From the NCBI RefSeq assembly GCF_006345805.1, contig NW_021825547.1, positions 1 through 15,067 on the forward strand: 15,067 nt of DNA. Reading direction: 5' to 3'. The position numbers were made by a program, and so were the translations under genes. Shown in pieces: positions 1 to 9,576 of this stretch; positions within the stretch are counted from its first letter, which is position 1; each line of letters opens with the position of its first letter. Under the pieces are notes generated by a model. That model was not told the DNA's origin and did not search any database. It worked only from the letters and a program-made list of their open reading frames with translations. Source of the DNA: Octopus sinensis. Its lineage: Eukaryota.

Positions 1-161
1 TGATCAAATCGATACCTTGACTAGTATTTTATTTTATCGATCCCCGAGGGGATGAAAAGCAAAGTCACCCTCGGCTGAATTTGAACTCAGAACGTAAAGA
101 CGGACGAAATGCCGCCAAGCATTTTGTCCGGCGTGCTTAACGAATCCGCCTGCTCGCCGCT
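1..161 (-). mobile_element. tRNA-derived SINE, family A (cut by window start)
   Basis: Reverse complement matches the copy at 12762-12970 (GCGGCGAGC..TAAGCACGCCGG..CTGAGTTCAAATTC..TTTCATCCCCTCGGGGATCGATAAAATAA). Has a B-box-like GTTCAAATTC. Confidence 0.85.
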
Positions 162-163
162 TT

Positions 164-169
164 AATAAC

Positions 170-218
<49 letters not shown>

Positions 219-226
219 GTAATAAT
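164..226. repeat. (AAT)n microsatellite
   Basis: Direct inspection; source of the poly-Leu ORF 34..330. Confidence 0.95.
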
Positions 227-546
227 ATCTGTCTGTGGTCTTTGTTGTGACCTGATAATCCGTCCTCCTCGGAAATATAAATCTCTGTTAGTTTCGCTTC
301 ATATGTTATCATAATTGCTATCACAATCAAAAGATGCTATCGATTCATATATATACCACAAAAGACATTGTAGAATTCTGCCCTTCCCTAATCAACTCTT
401 TCTGACAAAGAAGCCTTAGTTTCTGTAACAGAATCCCATCATTTAACGACGCATTCATTAAAGTATTTATACACGGTAGAAAAGTATCTTCTCTTTTCCT
501 TTTTTTTTCATGACTCATTCTACATAAACATAACGATATATATATA

Positions 547-583
<37 letters not shown>

Positions 584-587
<4 letters not shown>

Positions 588-785
588 AGAATTCACGAAA
601 AAACAAAGGACGAAGACAGGTAGTGTAGAAACAACAGATGCATTAGTATAACGCTCGGGAATTGAAAAAGTCTTTAACGTTTTTTGAACCTACGCTCTTC
701 CACAGAAAGGAACACAGAAAGAAACAAGGAGAGAAACAAGGAGAGAAAAAAATGTGTGTACCGGCGACCGATCTATCATGGCGAA
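584..785 (-). mobile_element. PLE-type terminal-repeat fragment with decayed hammerhead fold (672-709)
   Basis: Minus strand reads CTTT-CTGTGGA-A-GAGC-GTAG-GTTC-AAAAAA-CGTT-AAAG. Stem I (CTTT/AAAG), stem II and an ACGT palindrome are present, but the core is mutated. Flanked by (TA)n on both sides. Confidence 0.5.
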
Positions 786-791
786 TGATAT

Positions 792-873
<82 letters not shown>

Positions 874-876
<3 letters not shown>

Positions 877-1391
877 CAGTAAGCACGTAACTGTGAAACA
901 AGGTGGAAAAAAGAGCACTCAAATAGCAGAGGTAGAATAATATGCCTTATTTAAAAGCAGCAGTAATATCGCAAAAACTGTTTCTCAGAGTTTCACGTTC
1001 CCGTTTGTCGGACAGTTTGGTTAGAATGGAATGGAAATGACGATATAATCAAGTATAAAACTACTTTAAAGGGTAGATCTTTGAAAATGGCTTTGTTTCG
1101 TTGATTCTTTCAGATAACGGTATGCAATGAACAAAATAAATTCAGTATAAATTCCTCTTGTTGTAAAATCGAAGGAAACCTTAAATCGAAGCACAGATTC
1201 CAAATACATCTGGTAAATAATTCTATATACAAAATAGAAATCAATTCATACATTAAAATTAATATAAAAAATTTTCACGCTGTATTACATAAATATTTTT
1301 TCAGCAGCATATACGCATACAAAACTGTCCGACGAACGGGAACGTGAAACTCTGAATAAGTTTTTGTGATATTTCTGCTGGTTTTAAATAA
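874..1391. mobile_element. PLE-type element with inverted terminal duplication (arms 947-1018 and 1322-1391), each arm carrying a decayed hammerhead fold
   Basis: Arms of ~70 bp are imperfect reverse complements. Motif is AAACTGT-CCGAC(G/A)A-ACG-GGAA-CGT-GAAAC..ACAGTTT. Bounded by (TA)n on both sides. Confidence 0.65.
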
Positions 1392-1416
1392 AGTATATAT
1401 ATATATATATATAGCT

Positions 1417-1482
<66 letters not shown>

Positions 1483-1639
1483 AGCTTAGAGAAGAAGAAG
1501 AAACCAAACGAACGAATCGAATCGAATCGACGCGAAGGCGCTCAGTCATACAATAGTGTAATAAATAAAATATATGCATGCATACAAACATATATGTACG
1601 TACCTACATCTACATGTATATATACATGCATATATAGAT

Positions 1640-1825
1640 ATATATACGTATATACAGGACACCACAAATAGACGTAGAACTCAACGAGAAACGAAAACGT
1701 AAAAACAGCATGGAACGGACCATTCCTTTAACAACGAAAAAACAAAGTACAAGACAACTACACAAGGAAAATCCCCTTCATCAGCCGTCCCTAGTTCAAC
1801 TCAAGCGTGTTTCGAAGGTGAGGAC
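1640..1825. mobile_element. Interspersed repeat fragment, possibly PLE-derived
   Basis: Non-microsatellite block ending in (TA)n. The minus strand has CTGATGA (1778-1784) and GAAAC (1809-1813) but no complete fold. Confidence 0.3.
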
Positions 1826-1831
1826 ATATAT

Positions 1832-1875
<44 letters not shown>

Positions 1876-1893
1876 ATATGGTTTTAAATAAAG

Positions 1894-1951
<58 letters not shown>

Positions 1952-2027
1952 GATACGTCTCGATAAAGCTGTTCATAAGTTTATTTTCTAAGCTCATTCC
2001 GGATGAGATTCGTTCCACATTTAGTCA

Positions 2028-2230
2028 GGACTTTACAGAGACGAAGGGTTGATACCACCCATAACAAGAATGACCACCGACGAGGAGTTGGACTCGTAAA
2101 AATCTTAACTGACACATTTAAACACTTTCACTTACAAATCACCGTCAGCACCAACATCGATATTGTCAAGTTCTTTGTCATCACAACCGAAAACTCCAGA
2201 AAACATTACTCATTAACAAAAATCAAAAGA
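2028..2230 (+). pseudogene. Penelope-like reverse transcriptase remnant (frameshifted)
   Basis: 2028-2051 encodes GLYRDEGL, a decayed form of the PLE catalytic motif GLYRDDGL. After a frame change comes VKILTDTFKHFHLQITVSTNIDIVKFF, which resembles the PLE RT segment K.I.K.F...GL.IT...N.K.VNFLDV. Confidence 0.7.
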
Positions 2231-2270
2231 AACTTTAAAACATATTAACAACATATCAGCTTTATCATCA

Positions 2271-2301
<31 letters not shown>

Positions 2302-2674
2302 TCATTACTTGTGGCTATGCTGGCGGGTAACGACCTAGTCAGGATGAAATAAGCCCTTCAACAGCAGCCTACAACACGAATCACATTGATATGCTCAACA
2401 ACCTGCCATTATAACGAAAGTGTTTTTTAAAGTCTGTGTTGCGTTGTGTATATGTTCAAAGACATAAACACACACAAGCACACAAACACACACACACACA
2501 CACCACACACACACACACACCACACACACACAAAACAACCAGCCAAACATATAACTATATGTATTATATGTGTGTGTGTATCTATGTATATATAGTTATT
2601 TTCTTTTTAAGTCTGTATTGCGTTGTGTTGACAGACTTACACTTTTTTACAATTGTTAGTTACTAGTGACAACA

Positions 2675-2727
<53 letters not shown>

Positions 2728-2910
2728 ACACGCACTCTCTCTGTCTTTCGTTGTATTTCTCTCTTAACAACACCTTCTTCTCCTGACCTTCTAAATATAC
2801 GTTGTAACAGAGGTTATCTTCCTTTCTGTTTCCTCCCCGTCTCCCCTCCCTCTAATAGGTGTTGTGACGGACAGACAGACAGAGATTAGCTTCTCTTTTA
2901 TAATATAAAA
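2728..2910 (-). mobile_element. Possible 5' end of a non-autonomous Helitron-like repeat
   Basis: Minus strand begins TTTATATTATAAAAGAGAAGCTAATCTCTGTCTGTCTGTCCGTC, the same T(C)TATAT..AAA plus (CTGT)n layout as the Helitron at 14131. No 3' hairpin or CTAG found. Confidence 0.35.
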
Positions 2911-3017
2911 TTATCATCATTAAAAGTTCTCGAGAATGCGAATCTACTGCCTTGTTTTACATTAAATGTTTTAATCAACGTTGTTATGGATTCTTAAGCA
3001 TTAAATGCAATTAAATT

Positions 3018-3095
3018 CTCTTACTCGCTTCACTTACTGGACTACGGCCATTCTGGGTCTCAAGCATTCAAGGGTTTTAGCGAATTATATTCGAA
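3018..3095 (-). mobile_element. Old degraded SINE 3' fragment (family B-like tail)
   Basis: CTTCACTTACTGGACTACGGCCATTCTGGG..AAGGGTTTTAGCGAA resembles the tail TTTCAGTCATTTGACTGCGGTCATGCTGGAGC at 4491 and 7586. Confidence 0.4.
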
Positions 3096-3355
3096 TATTC
3101 ATCTTCATCGATCTCTATCAAAGAGCTGAGATTAACCGATTGAGTTGTCTCTTCAGAGAATTACATCTGTGTAGAGAAATATCAAGAGGTATTTGCATCC
3201 ATCAATATTCGAAGTGATTCAGTACAGTTTCTACATAACAAATTACCAATTTCACACACAAACATTAGTCCCGGGTGTCTCAACTTGAGATGGAGCACTG
3301 AAGCACGTAGTAGCCGTCAAAAGGATTGCTTAACGAACACTGGCATGTTGGACGT

Positions 3356-3433
<78 letters not shown>

Positions 3434-3438
<5 letters not shown>

Positions 3439-3880
3439 CGTATAATATATAGGGCTCAGTAAATAATTTACTTTACCACATACTGAAACTTTTAGAATTA
3501 GCTGCCAAAAAGTTTTTTTAGCCATTTCTTCTACTATAAGAAAAATCTCCCAGATAGTGTTTACTCAAAAATAATTCAGGTAGATATGGAGGGAAAAATA
3601 ACAAAATATCACATGTACAAAGATCATTTGAGAACGTTACGTTTCTGGATTAGTCGAATTTAAACTCAACATTTCATTCGTCAGCTCAACATTTCTTAAT
3701 TTGGATTTGAAAGCACTAAAAATTGAACATACCCGTCTGATATGAGTAATCTCAGACAAACCATCTCCAAACTGCCAGTGCCAACAAATTCAAAAAGTAC
3801 GAGTGAGGACTTGTCTTCCTCCCGTTTCAGTATGTGGTAAAGTAAATTATTTTACTGAGCCCTAATTATATAACGTAATA
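3434..3880. mobile_element. MITE / non-autonomous TIR DNA transposon
   Basis: AGGGCTCAGTAAATAATTTACTTTACCACATACTGAAAC (3451-3489) is inverted at 3824-3863 with one indel. An outer TATTACG/CGTAATA match extends the TIR to about 3434/3880. TA context at both ends. Confidence 0.8.
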
Positions 3881-3968
3881 TTTTGATTATACCTTGAATA
3901 GTCCTTTTACATATTGAACACTACTTGGTGAAATTAATTAATAATTAATTGATTTACCCTTTTATTAT

Positions 3969-4021
<53 letters not shown>

Positions 4022-4143
4022 TAAAAAATGGAGTTAACGCAGGTGTAATCAAATATTTTTACTTTCGACGCATGTTTCGAAAATTCCGTGTTAATTGTTA
4101 ACAAGGTAAAAAATCACTCATTTATATATATATATATATATAT

Positions 4144-4184
<41 letters not shown>

Positions 4185-4226
4185 TATATATATATTTATC
4201 TATCTTGCTATTTATCTACCTATGTA

Positions 4227-4289
<63 letters not shown>

Positions 4290-4470
4290 CATACATACAT
4301 TCCTTAATTTTTTTTTTTTATATATAAAAAATTCAATAAAAAGGCAATATTGTATCCGTTATTATTATCTCGCGATTATTCCTGAATGTATTTCACTGTG
4401 TATGTATGTATGTATGTATGTATGTATGTATGTATGTATGCATGTATTAATGTAATAATATACATACATA

Positions 4471-4862
4471 TTCTTTTATTCTTACACCTGTTTCAGTCAT
4501 TTGACTGCGGTCATGCTGGAGCACTACCTTTAGTCGAGCAAATCGAGCCCAGGACTTATTCTTTGTAAGCCTAGTACTTATTCTCTTGGGCTCTTTTGCC
4601 GAACCGTTATGTTATGGAGACTTAAACGCACCAGCATCGGTTGTCAAGCGATGTTGCGGGGGACAAACATGAACACACAAACACACACACACACACACAT
4701 TTGTATGTATAACAGGCTTCTTCAGTTTCCGTCCACCAAATCCACTCACACAGGCTCTGGTCGGCCCGAGGCTATACTAGAAGACACAAGGTACCGCGCA
4801 GTGGGGCTGAACTCGGAACCATGTGGTTGGAAAGCAAGCTACTTATCACACAGCCACTCCTA
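4471..4862 (-). mobile_element. tRNA-derived SINE, family B (CORE-SINE-like), near full length, with internal (CA)n
   Basis: Minus strand has head TAGGAGTGGCTGTGTGATAAGTAGCTTGC..GGTTCCGAGTTCAG, a body matching 6635-7012, and tail ..GCAGTCAAATGACTGAAAC. Confidence 0.9.
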
Positions 4863-4897
4863 TACATATATATCTATTATATATATATATATATATC

Positions 4898-4930
<33 letters not shown>

Positions 4931-4937
4931 TATATAA

Positions 4938-5012
<75 letters not shown>

Positions 5013-5186
5013 TTAGGGAATAAATCCAAATTTACAGGGAAAAATCAGATTTAGGATTGAATCCAATTTTATAGTAAAATATTATATGATATTAATTAGA
5101 GACAAAACCACTATTTTGCAATCAAACAAAGAAAGACTTAATCCAATACATAAAAAAATTTAATATAAATTAAATAAATTAAATTC

Positions 5187-5233
5187 GCCCCTACAATTGT
5201 TTCGTGTCTCTTCTAAGGACATTCATCAGGTGA
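5187..5233 (-). ncRNA. Mirror copy of the same hammerhead with a damaged stem I
   Basis: Identical core, stem II and stem III, but stem I is TCAC/GGGG instead of CCAC/GTGG. Confidence 0.55.
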
Positions 5234-5249
5234 TTTCAGATCTTCTATT

Positions 5250-5295
5250 CCACCTGATGAATGTCCTTAGAAGAGACACGAAACAATTGTAGTGG
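5250..5295 (+). ncRNA. Minimal type I hammerhead ribozyme, canonical core
   Basis: CCAC-CTGATGA-ATGTC-CTTAGAAGA-GACAC-GAAA-C-AATT-GT-A-GTGG. Stem I is CCAC/GTGG, stem II is 4 bp plus an A.C mismatch, and stem III is the palindrome ACAATTGT. Predicted cleavage after GUA at 5291. Confidence 0.75.
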
Positions 5296-5386
5296 CGAAT
5301 TTAATTTTATTTAATTATATTAAATTTTTTATGTATTGGATTAAGTCTTTCTTTGTTTGATTGCAAAATAGTGGTTTTGTCTCTAA

Positions 5387-5460
<74 letters not shown>

Positions 5461-5470
5461 ATATATATAT

Positions 5471-6481
5471 TGTTACGACCGTCGCTCAACTCAGCTCAGG
5501 ACCCTAAGTCGGCGACGACGTCTACGCTCAGTCAAACGGAAATCCACCACAGAAAGCGGAGGTGGGAAGCGAACGCAAACCAGTAACCGGAGACGACAAC
5601 AACAACAAGAGAGAGACAGCGGAGGCAGTTGCTTACATTTAACAACAATTTATATAATTTTGCAACATCATTTGAAACATTTCAAATACATTTAAAAATA
5701 AGGTTAACAGACATTTAACAATTCATAACTTTACAAAATCAATCAAACGTAATACACAAATCGACTTTTCCAAAACAATCAACTGGTTGACATGCAACAC
5801 AATACAGAATCACAACAAAGTCTTTCTCTTTTTTTAATGTTCTTTTTCACCCTCTTCTTTTAGAGACACAGAGAGTTTCGTTCTCAATTTTCTTTAAACA
5901 TTTACAAGTTCTTTTTTTTTTCTTAAACAGATTACACGTTCTTTTTACAGAGTCTCTTTTTCAAACTTCATAATTCAACATTAAAGTCCAAAACACAAAT
6001 CAAAACATAAACAACAATACCGAATGTTTCTGAACCCACTATAAGTAGTCCAGCTTCTTCGCTGTAATCCTCTTCTCTACCTCTCGCCTGTCAATTCCCA
6101 ATATTCTCTGCCTGTCTTCCTCGCCTCGCCGTTGCCTCTCGCCATCACCACCTTCTTGGCTAACCGTCCGTATCGACTGCTGTCTCTTGCCAACCGAACT
6201 CTTTTCCGGCCCTTCGCTGTCTGTCTCTTGCCAACTGAACCCTTCTCCGGCCCTTCGCTGTCTGCTTCTTCTAACACCAATTCATCGCATTTTAAAGGGT
6301 GGCATTTAAATATTTTTTGTAACCTTTTCCTGACCGTGTAGGGATCAAAATGCCACTTCCTAAACTCATTAATTTCCCTTGCCGTTGACAAGACAAAGAA
6401 CCATTATTTTTTTCCCCGCCCGTTCGACTTAATCAACGGAACTAGGGCATAGCGTTTTCCCGTTTATTCACCTCCGTAACA
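5471..6481. mobile_element. Probable solo LTR (~1011 bp)
   Basis: Begins TGTTACG and ends CGTAACA (TG..CA with a 7-bp terminal inverted repeat). Internal 41-bp tandem duplication at 6182-6263. No RT/IN coding sequence seen, and no clean TSD (left flank is (TA)n). Confidence 0.6.
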
Positions 6482-6634
6482 CTATGTATATGTATATATA
6501 GATACATACAAACATACATACACACATACATACATACATACATACATACATACATACATACATACATACATACATACATACGTACAGGCAGACAGAGAGA
6601 CATGCATGTATTCAATAATATATACATATATATA

Positions 6635-7012
6635 GGCGCAGGAGTGGTTGTGCGGTCAGTATATTGCTTACCAACCACATGGTTCCAGGTTCAGTCCTAT
6701 TGCGTGGAACCTTCGGCAAGTGTCTTCTACTATAGCCTCGGGCCGACCAAAGCCTTGTGAGTGTATCTGGTACACGGAAACCTAAAAAAGCCTGTGATAT
6801 GTGTGTGTGTGTGTGTGGTGTGTGTGTGTCCCACACATATGACTTTACAACCATGATGGTATGTTTACATTCCCGAAACTTAGCGGTTCGGCAAAAGAGA
6901 TCGATAGAATAAGTACTAGACTTACAAAGAATAAGTCCTGGTGTCAATTTCTTCGAGTAAAGGCGGTGCTCCTGCACGGCCGCAATCATATGACCGAAAC
7001 AAGTAAAAGAAT
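6635..7012 (+). mobile_element. tRNA-derived SINE, family B, full length, with internal (GT)n
   Basis: Head GGCGCAGGAGTGG..GGTTCCAGGTTCAG, CORE-like ACCTTCGGCAAGTGTCTT, tail ..GACCGAAACAAGTAAAAGAAT. Confidence 0.9.
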
Positions 7013-7077
7013 ATACTTCTATGGTACACAATAATATTTTAGCAACTGTTTTAACAAATAATTCCTGATAATATTTA

Positions 7078-7282
7078 CAATTGCAGCGTGGAAGGTGTTT
7101 ATAAGCCTTATAAAAAACACACAAAAACCGTTAGTAAATCTAAATTTAATTTGTGCCAAAATATTTTCGTCGCTTTGAAACCGCGACCTGTTCACTGATA
7201 AAATTTCATGTTGCACAAATTGAATCTAACGGTTTTTGTGTGTCTTTTAAATGGCTTATAAGCACCGTCTACGCTGCAATTG
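7078..7282. repeat. Fold-back element: imperfect inverted arms 7078-7156 and 7213-7282
   Basis: CAATTGCAGCGTGGAAGGTGTTTATAAGCC..AAAAACCGTTAG..AATTTGTGC is matched by the reverse complement of 7213-7282. Confidence 0.8.
7155..7199 (-). ncRNA. Hammerhead-topology motif with G3:C8 variant core
   Basis: Minus strand reads ATCA-GTGAACA-G-GTCGC-GGTTTCAAA-GCGAC-GAAA-ATATT-T-TGGC. Perfect 5-bp stem II directly before GAAA, palindromic AATATT stem III, and a 3-bp stem I. Confidence 0.5.
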
Positions 7283-7446
7283 TTTTTGTTTCAGTACACG
7301 GTCTCAGATCAGGTCACTTGCTATGCAAGTATATCTCTGTAATGATAACATTTAATTATAAAAATATGATGAAAATTTCTTTTAAACTTCAAATAGCTGT
7401 GAGGGTTCCAGTTGGAATGAAACAAGAACCAAAGAAGTTTAAAGGT

Positions 7447-7472
7447 GAAAAAAAAATGGTTGAGAACCGCTG
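7447..7472 (-). mobile_element. hAT-like terminal inverted repeat (single end)
   Basis: Minus strand CAGCGGTTCTCAACCATTTTTTT resembles the CAGNGGTTCTCAA termini of hAT/Charlie elements. No partner end found. Confidence 0.35.
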
Positions 7473-7582
7473 GAATCGGTCGACGGTAGTTATACGGAAA
7501 TTCACTGTTGGCGACGGAAGCAGTACTAGTTCGAAATTAGGGATCTGTACCTTGTTTTGTTTTTTTTTGTTGTTTTTTTTTT

Positions 7583-7653
7583 GCTTCAGTCACTTGACTG
7601 CGGTCATGCTAGAGCACCGCCTTGAAGAATTTTGATCGAACGAATTGACCCCC
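7583..7653 (-). mobile_element. SINE family B 3' fragment
   Basis: TTCAGTCACTTGACTGCGGTCATGCTAGAGCACCGCC matches the tail of the 4471-4862 copy. Confidence 0.8.
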
Positions 7654-7876
7654 GTCCACCCACAAAGAAATTTAAGGTGAGTTCATGATGTTTTACTCAA
7701 AGTAGTAGTGATGATGGAGGCAATGGGAATAATAATGAGAGAGAGAGAGAGGGGAGCGGGCACGTGAGAGAAAGATAGAGAGGATGTACAACTTTCCTGG
7801 ACAGAAATTCCTGTGGTCAACATACTGAACCAACTACTGAACACTGTTATTTTTGTTTTATTTTTTGTTTTCTTGA

Positions 7877-8328
7877 ATACATACATACATACATACATAC
7901 GTACGTACGTACGTACGTACATACATACAAACATACACACATACATACATACATACATACATACATACAACTACATACAACATACATACGTACGTACTAC
8001 ATACATACATACATACATACACACATACATACATAACGCACATACACACATACCTACATAATACATACAACAAATACAATACATACCTACATACATACAG
8101 ACGTACGTACATACATACATACGTACATACATACATCATACTTTATACATACATACGTACGTACATACATACATACGTACATACATACATACATACATAC
8201 ACACATAAATACATACATACATACATACATACATACATACATACATACATACATACATACGCACATACACACATACCTACATACATACATACATACATAC
8301 GTACGTATATACATATACATACATACAT

Positions 8329-8377
<49 letters not shown>

Positions 8378-8535
8378 CGTATATATTTATGCATGTATGT
8401 CTATATATGTTATATATATGTGTATATATACATATATATATATAATATATATGCGTATGCATATGTATGTATGTGTATGTATGTATGTATGTGTGTGTAT
8501 GTATGTATGTATGTGTGTGTATGTATGTATGTATG
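7877..8535. repeat. Compound (CATA)n-(TA)n-(TATG)n microsatellite
   Basis: Direct inspection; explains all YVCM/HTYI ORFs in this interval. Confidence 0.95.
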
Positions 8536-8616
8536 TGGTGTGTGTGTGTGTATCAGAATGAACAAAAGTTTTCTTTATTGCGTCGTGATGTCATAAGACG
8601 TTTCTCTCACCAACGT

Positions 8617-8705
8617 CATCGCCGCCGCCGCCGCAAAACCACCACCACCACCACCACCACCCCACCACCACCACTACCATTACCGCCGCCGCCGCCACCG
8701 CCACA
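8617..8705. repeat. (GCC)n/(ACC)n triplet repeats
   Basis: Direct inspection; explains the poly-R/T/P stretch in ORF 8467..9159. Confidence 0.9.
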
Positions 8706-9024
8706 GCAATCACCGATAGTATTACCACTGCCCCTCTCCCCCACCCCTCTACTGCCAAAACTATTTCCTTCTACTTTCAAAATAAGGACTCAAATTTTTT
8801 TTTTTATTAATTTGCTTGTTTTTATATTTTATTTATGTCTTTGTTTTTTTTTTTTTTTTTTTTTTTTTCCTGACAAAAAGTATTTTTGTAAAAAGACACA
8901 TTCAGTTAGTATTTTACTGGTTTTCTCTGTTATCGAAACCGTTCCCTACGAACACGGATGTAAAGACAGACATCAGTTTGCTGATAACAGTAAGACATCG
9001 CTGGTTGGTACACTGCTGTTAAAA

Positions 9025-9190
9025 CAACCAATCAGAACCGAGTTGTGTGTCGTCGTCGTCGTCGTCGTCATCATCGTCTCTGTTAGTTTTATTTTCGTTT
9101 TCTTTATTTTTAGCAGTTCTTTTTTTATTGTTTATTTGCTATATTTATTGTTTGTTTGATATCTGAAAGAAAACATTGGGGCGGGGCTGG
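9025..9190. promoter_or_regulatory. Possible Pol II promoter motifs (CCAAT boxes and GC box)
   Basis: AACCAATCAG near 9025-9034, ATTGG at 9175-9179 and a perfect GGGGCGGGGC at 9178-9187, next to non-repetitive CpG-containing sequence. Short motifs that could be chance matches. Confidence 0.25.
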
Positions 9191-9576
9191 AGTGCCGCGA
9201 AACGATGTCCTACTCTTTCCTGTTGTGTTGTTGCAATTCGGAGAAAAGTTTCTATTTCCCTGCAAGCTCCAGAAAAGCACTTAAGTCGAAACCTTCAAGC
9301 CAGATTTTGGCGGAATCTATCTCTGGTGCCGGCTCAGGGAATATTGATTCTTCAACCGATTTCTTCAGAAAAGGTAAAAGTTTTGATTCCAGGCTGTATA
9401 GATATATTGTTTTAGTTGAGTCTGATAAGGAAAAGCAGCGCCCATTTCTGACCGCTTTCAGTGACGCGGGGGGAAAGAAAGCGGTTAAGTTATTCTGAAA
9501 TAGGAAACCTTAACCAAAAAACTCGCAGCCAAGACAAATGTGTAGCATATAAGATCTAATTTCATTTCGCGTGAGG

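Larger units (their letters stand above)
5013..5398. mobile_element. PLE-type terminal repeat with near-perfect inverted duplication (arms ~5085-5232 and 5251-5398, 18-nt spacer)
   Basis: By eye the arms differ by 2 substitutions and 3 single-base A-run indels. Bounded by (TA)n on both sides. Confidence 0.85.
536..5470. repeat. Multiple (TA)n, (CA)n, (CTAT)n and (TATG)n tracts (e.g. 536-583, 791-873, 1394-1477, 1826-1948, 2676-2727, 3356-3435, 3971-4017, 4123-4196, 4862-5012, 5394-5470)
   Basis: Direct inspection; these produce the YIYI/IYLS ORFs. Confidence 0.95.

Noticed and set aside
402-430. Hammerhead-like CTGACAA-AGAAGC-CTTA-GTTTCT-GTAA
   Set aside because: A stem II-like hairpin is present, but there are two core mismatches and no stem I or III. 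Could be chance or a very old copy.
1765-1820. Type II permuted hammerhead (GAAAC ... CTGATGA on minus strand)
   Set aside because: No stem III closing GU and no stem I pairing.
4062-4078. GAAAC-ATGC-GTC hammerhead 3' half on minus strand
   Set aside because: No CUGANGA or stem II upstream; counted only as a truncated remnant.
6077-6391. 104-aa basic ORF as a real gene
   Set aside because: Low-complexity purine-rich sequence with an internal 41-bp duplication inside the probable LTR; no recognisable domain.
7671-7682. Consensus splice donor AAG|GTGAGT
   Set aside because: Immediately upstream is a SINE fragment with no acceptor or coding signal; such matches are expected by chance.
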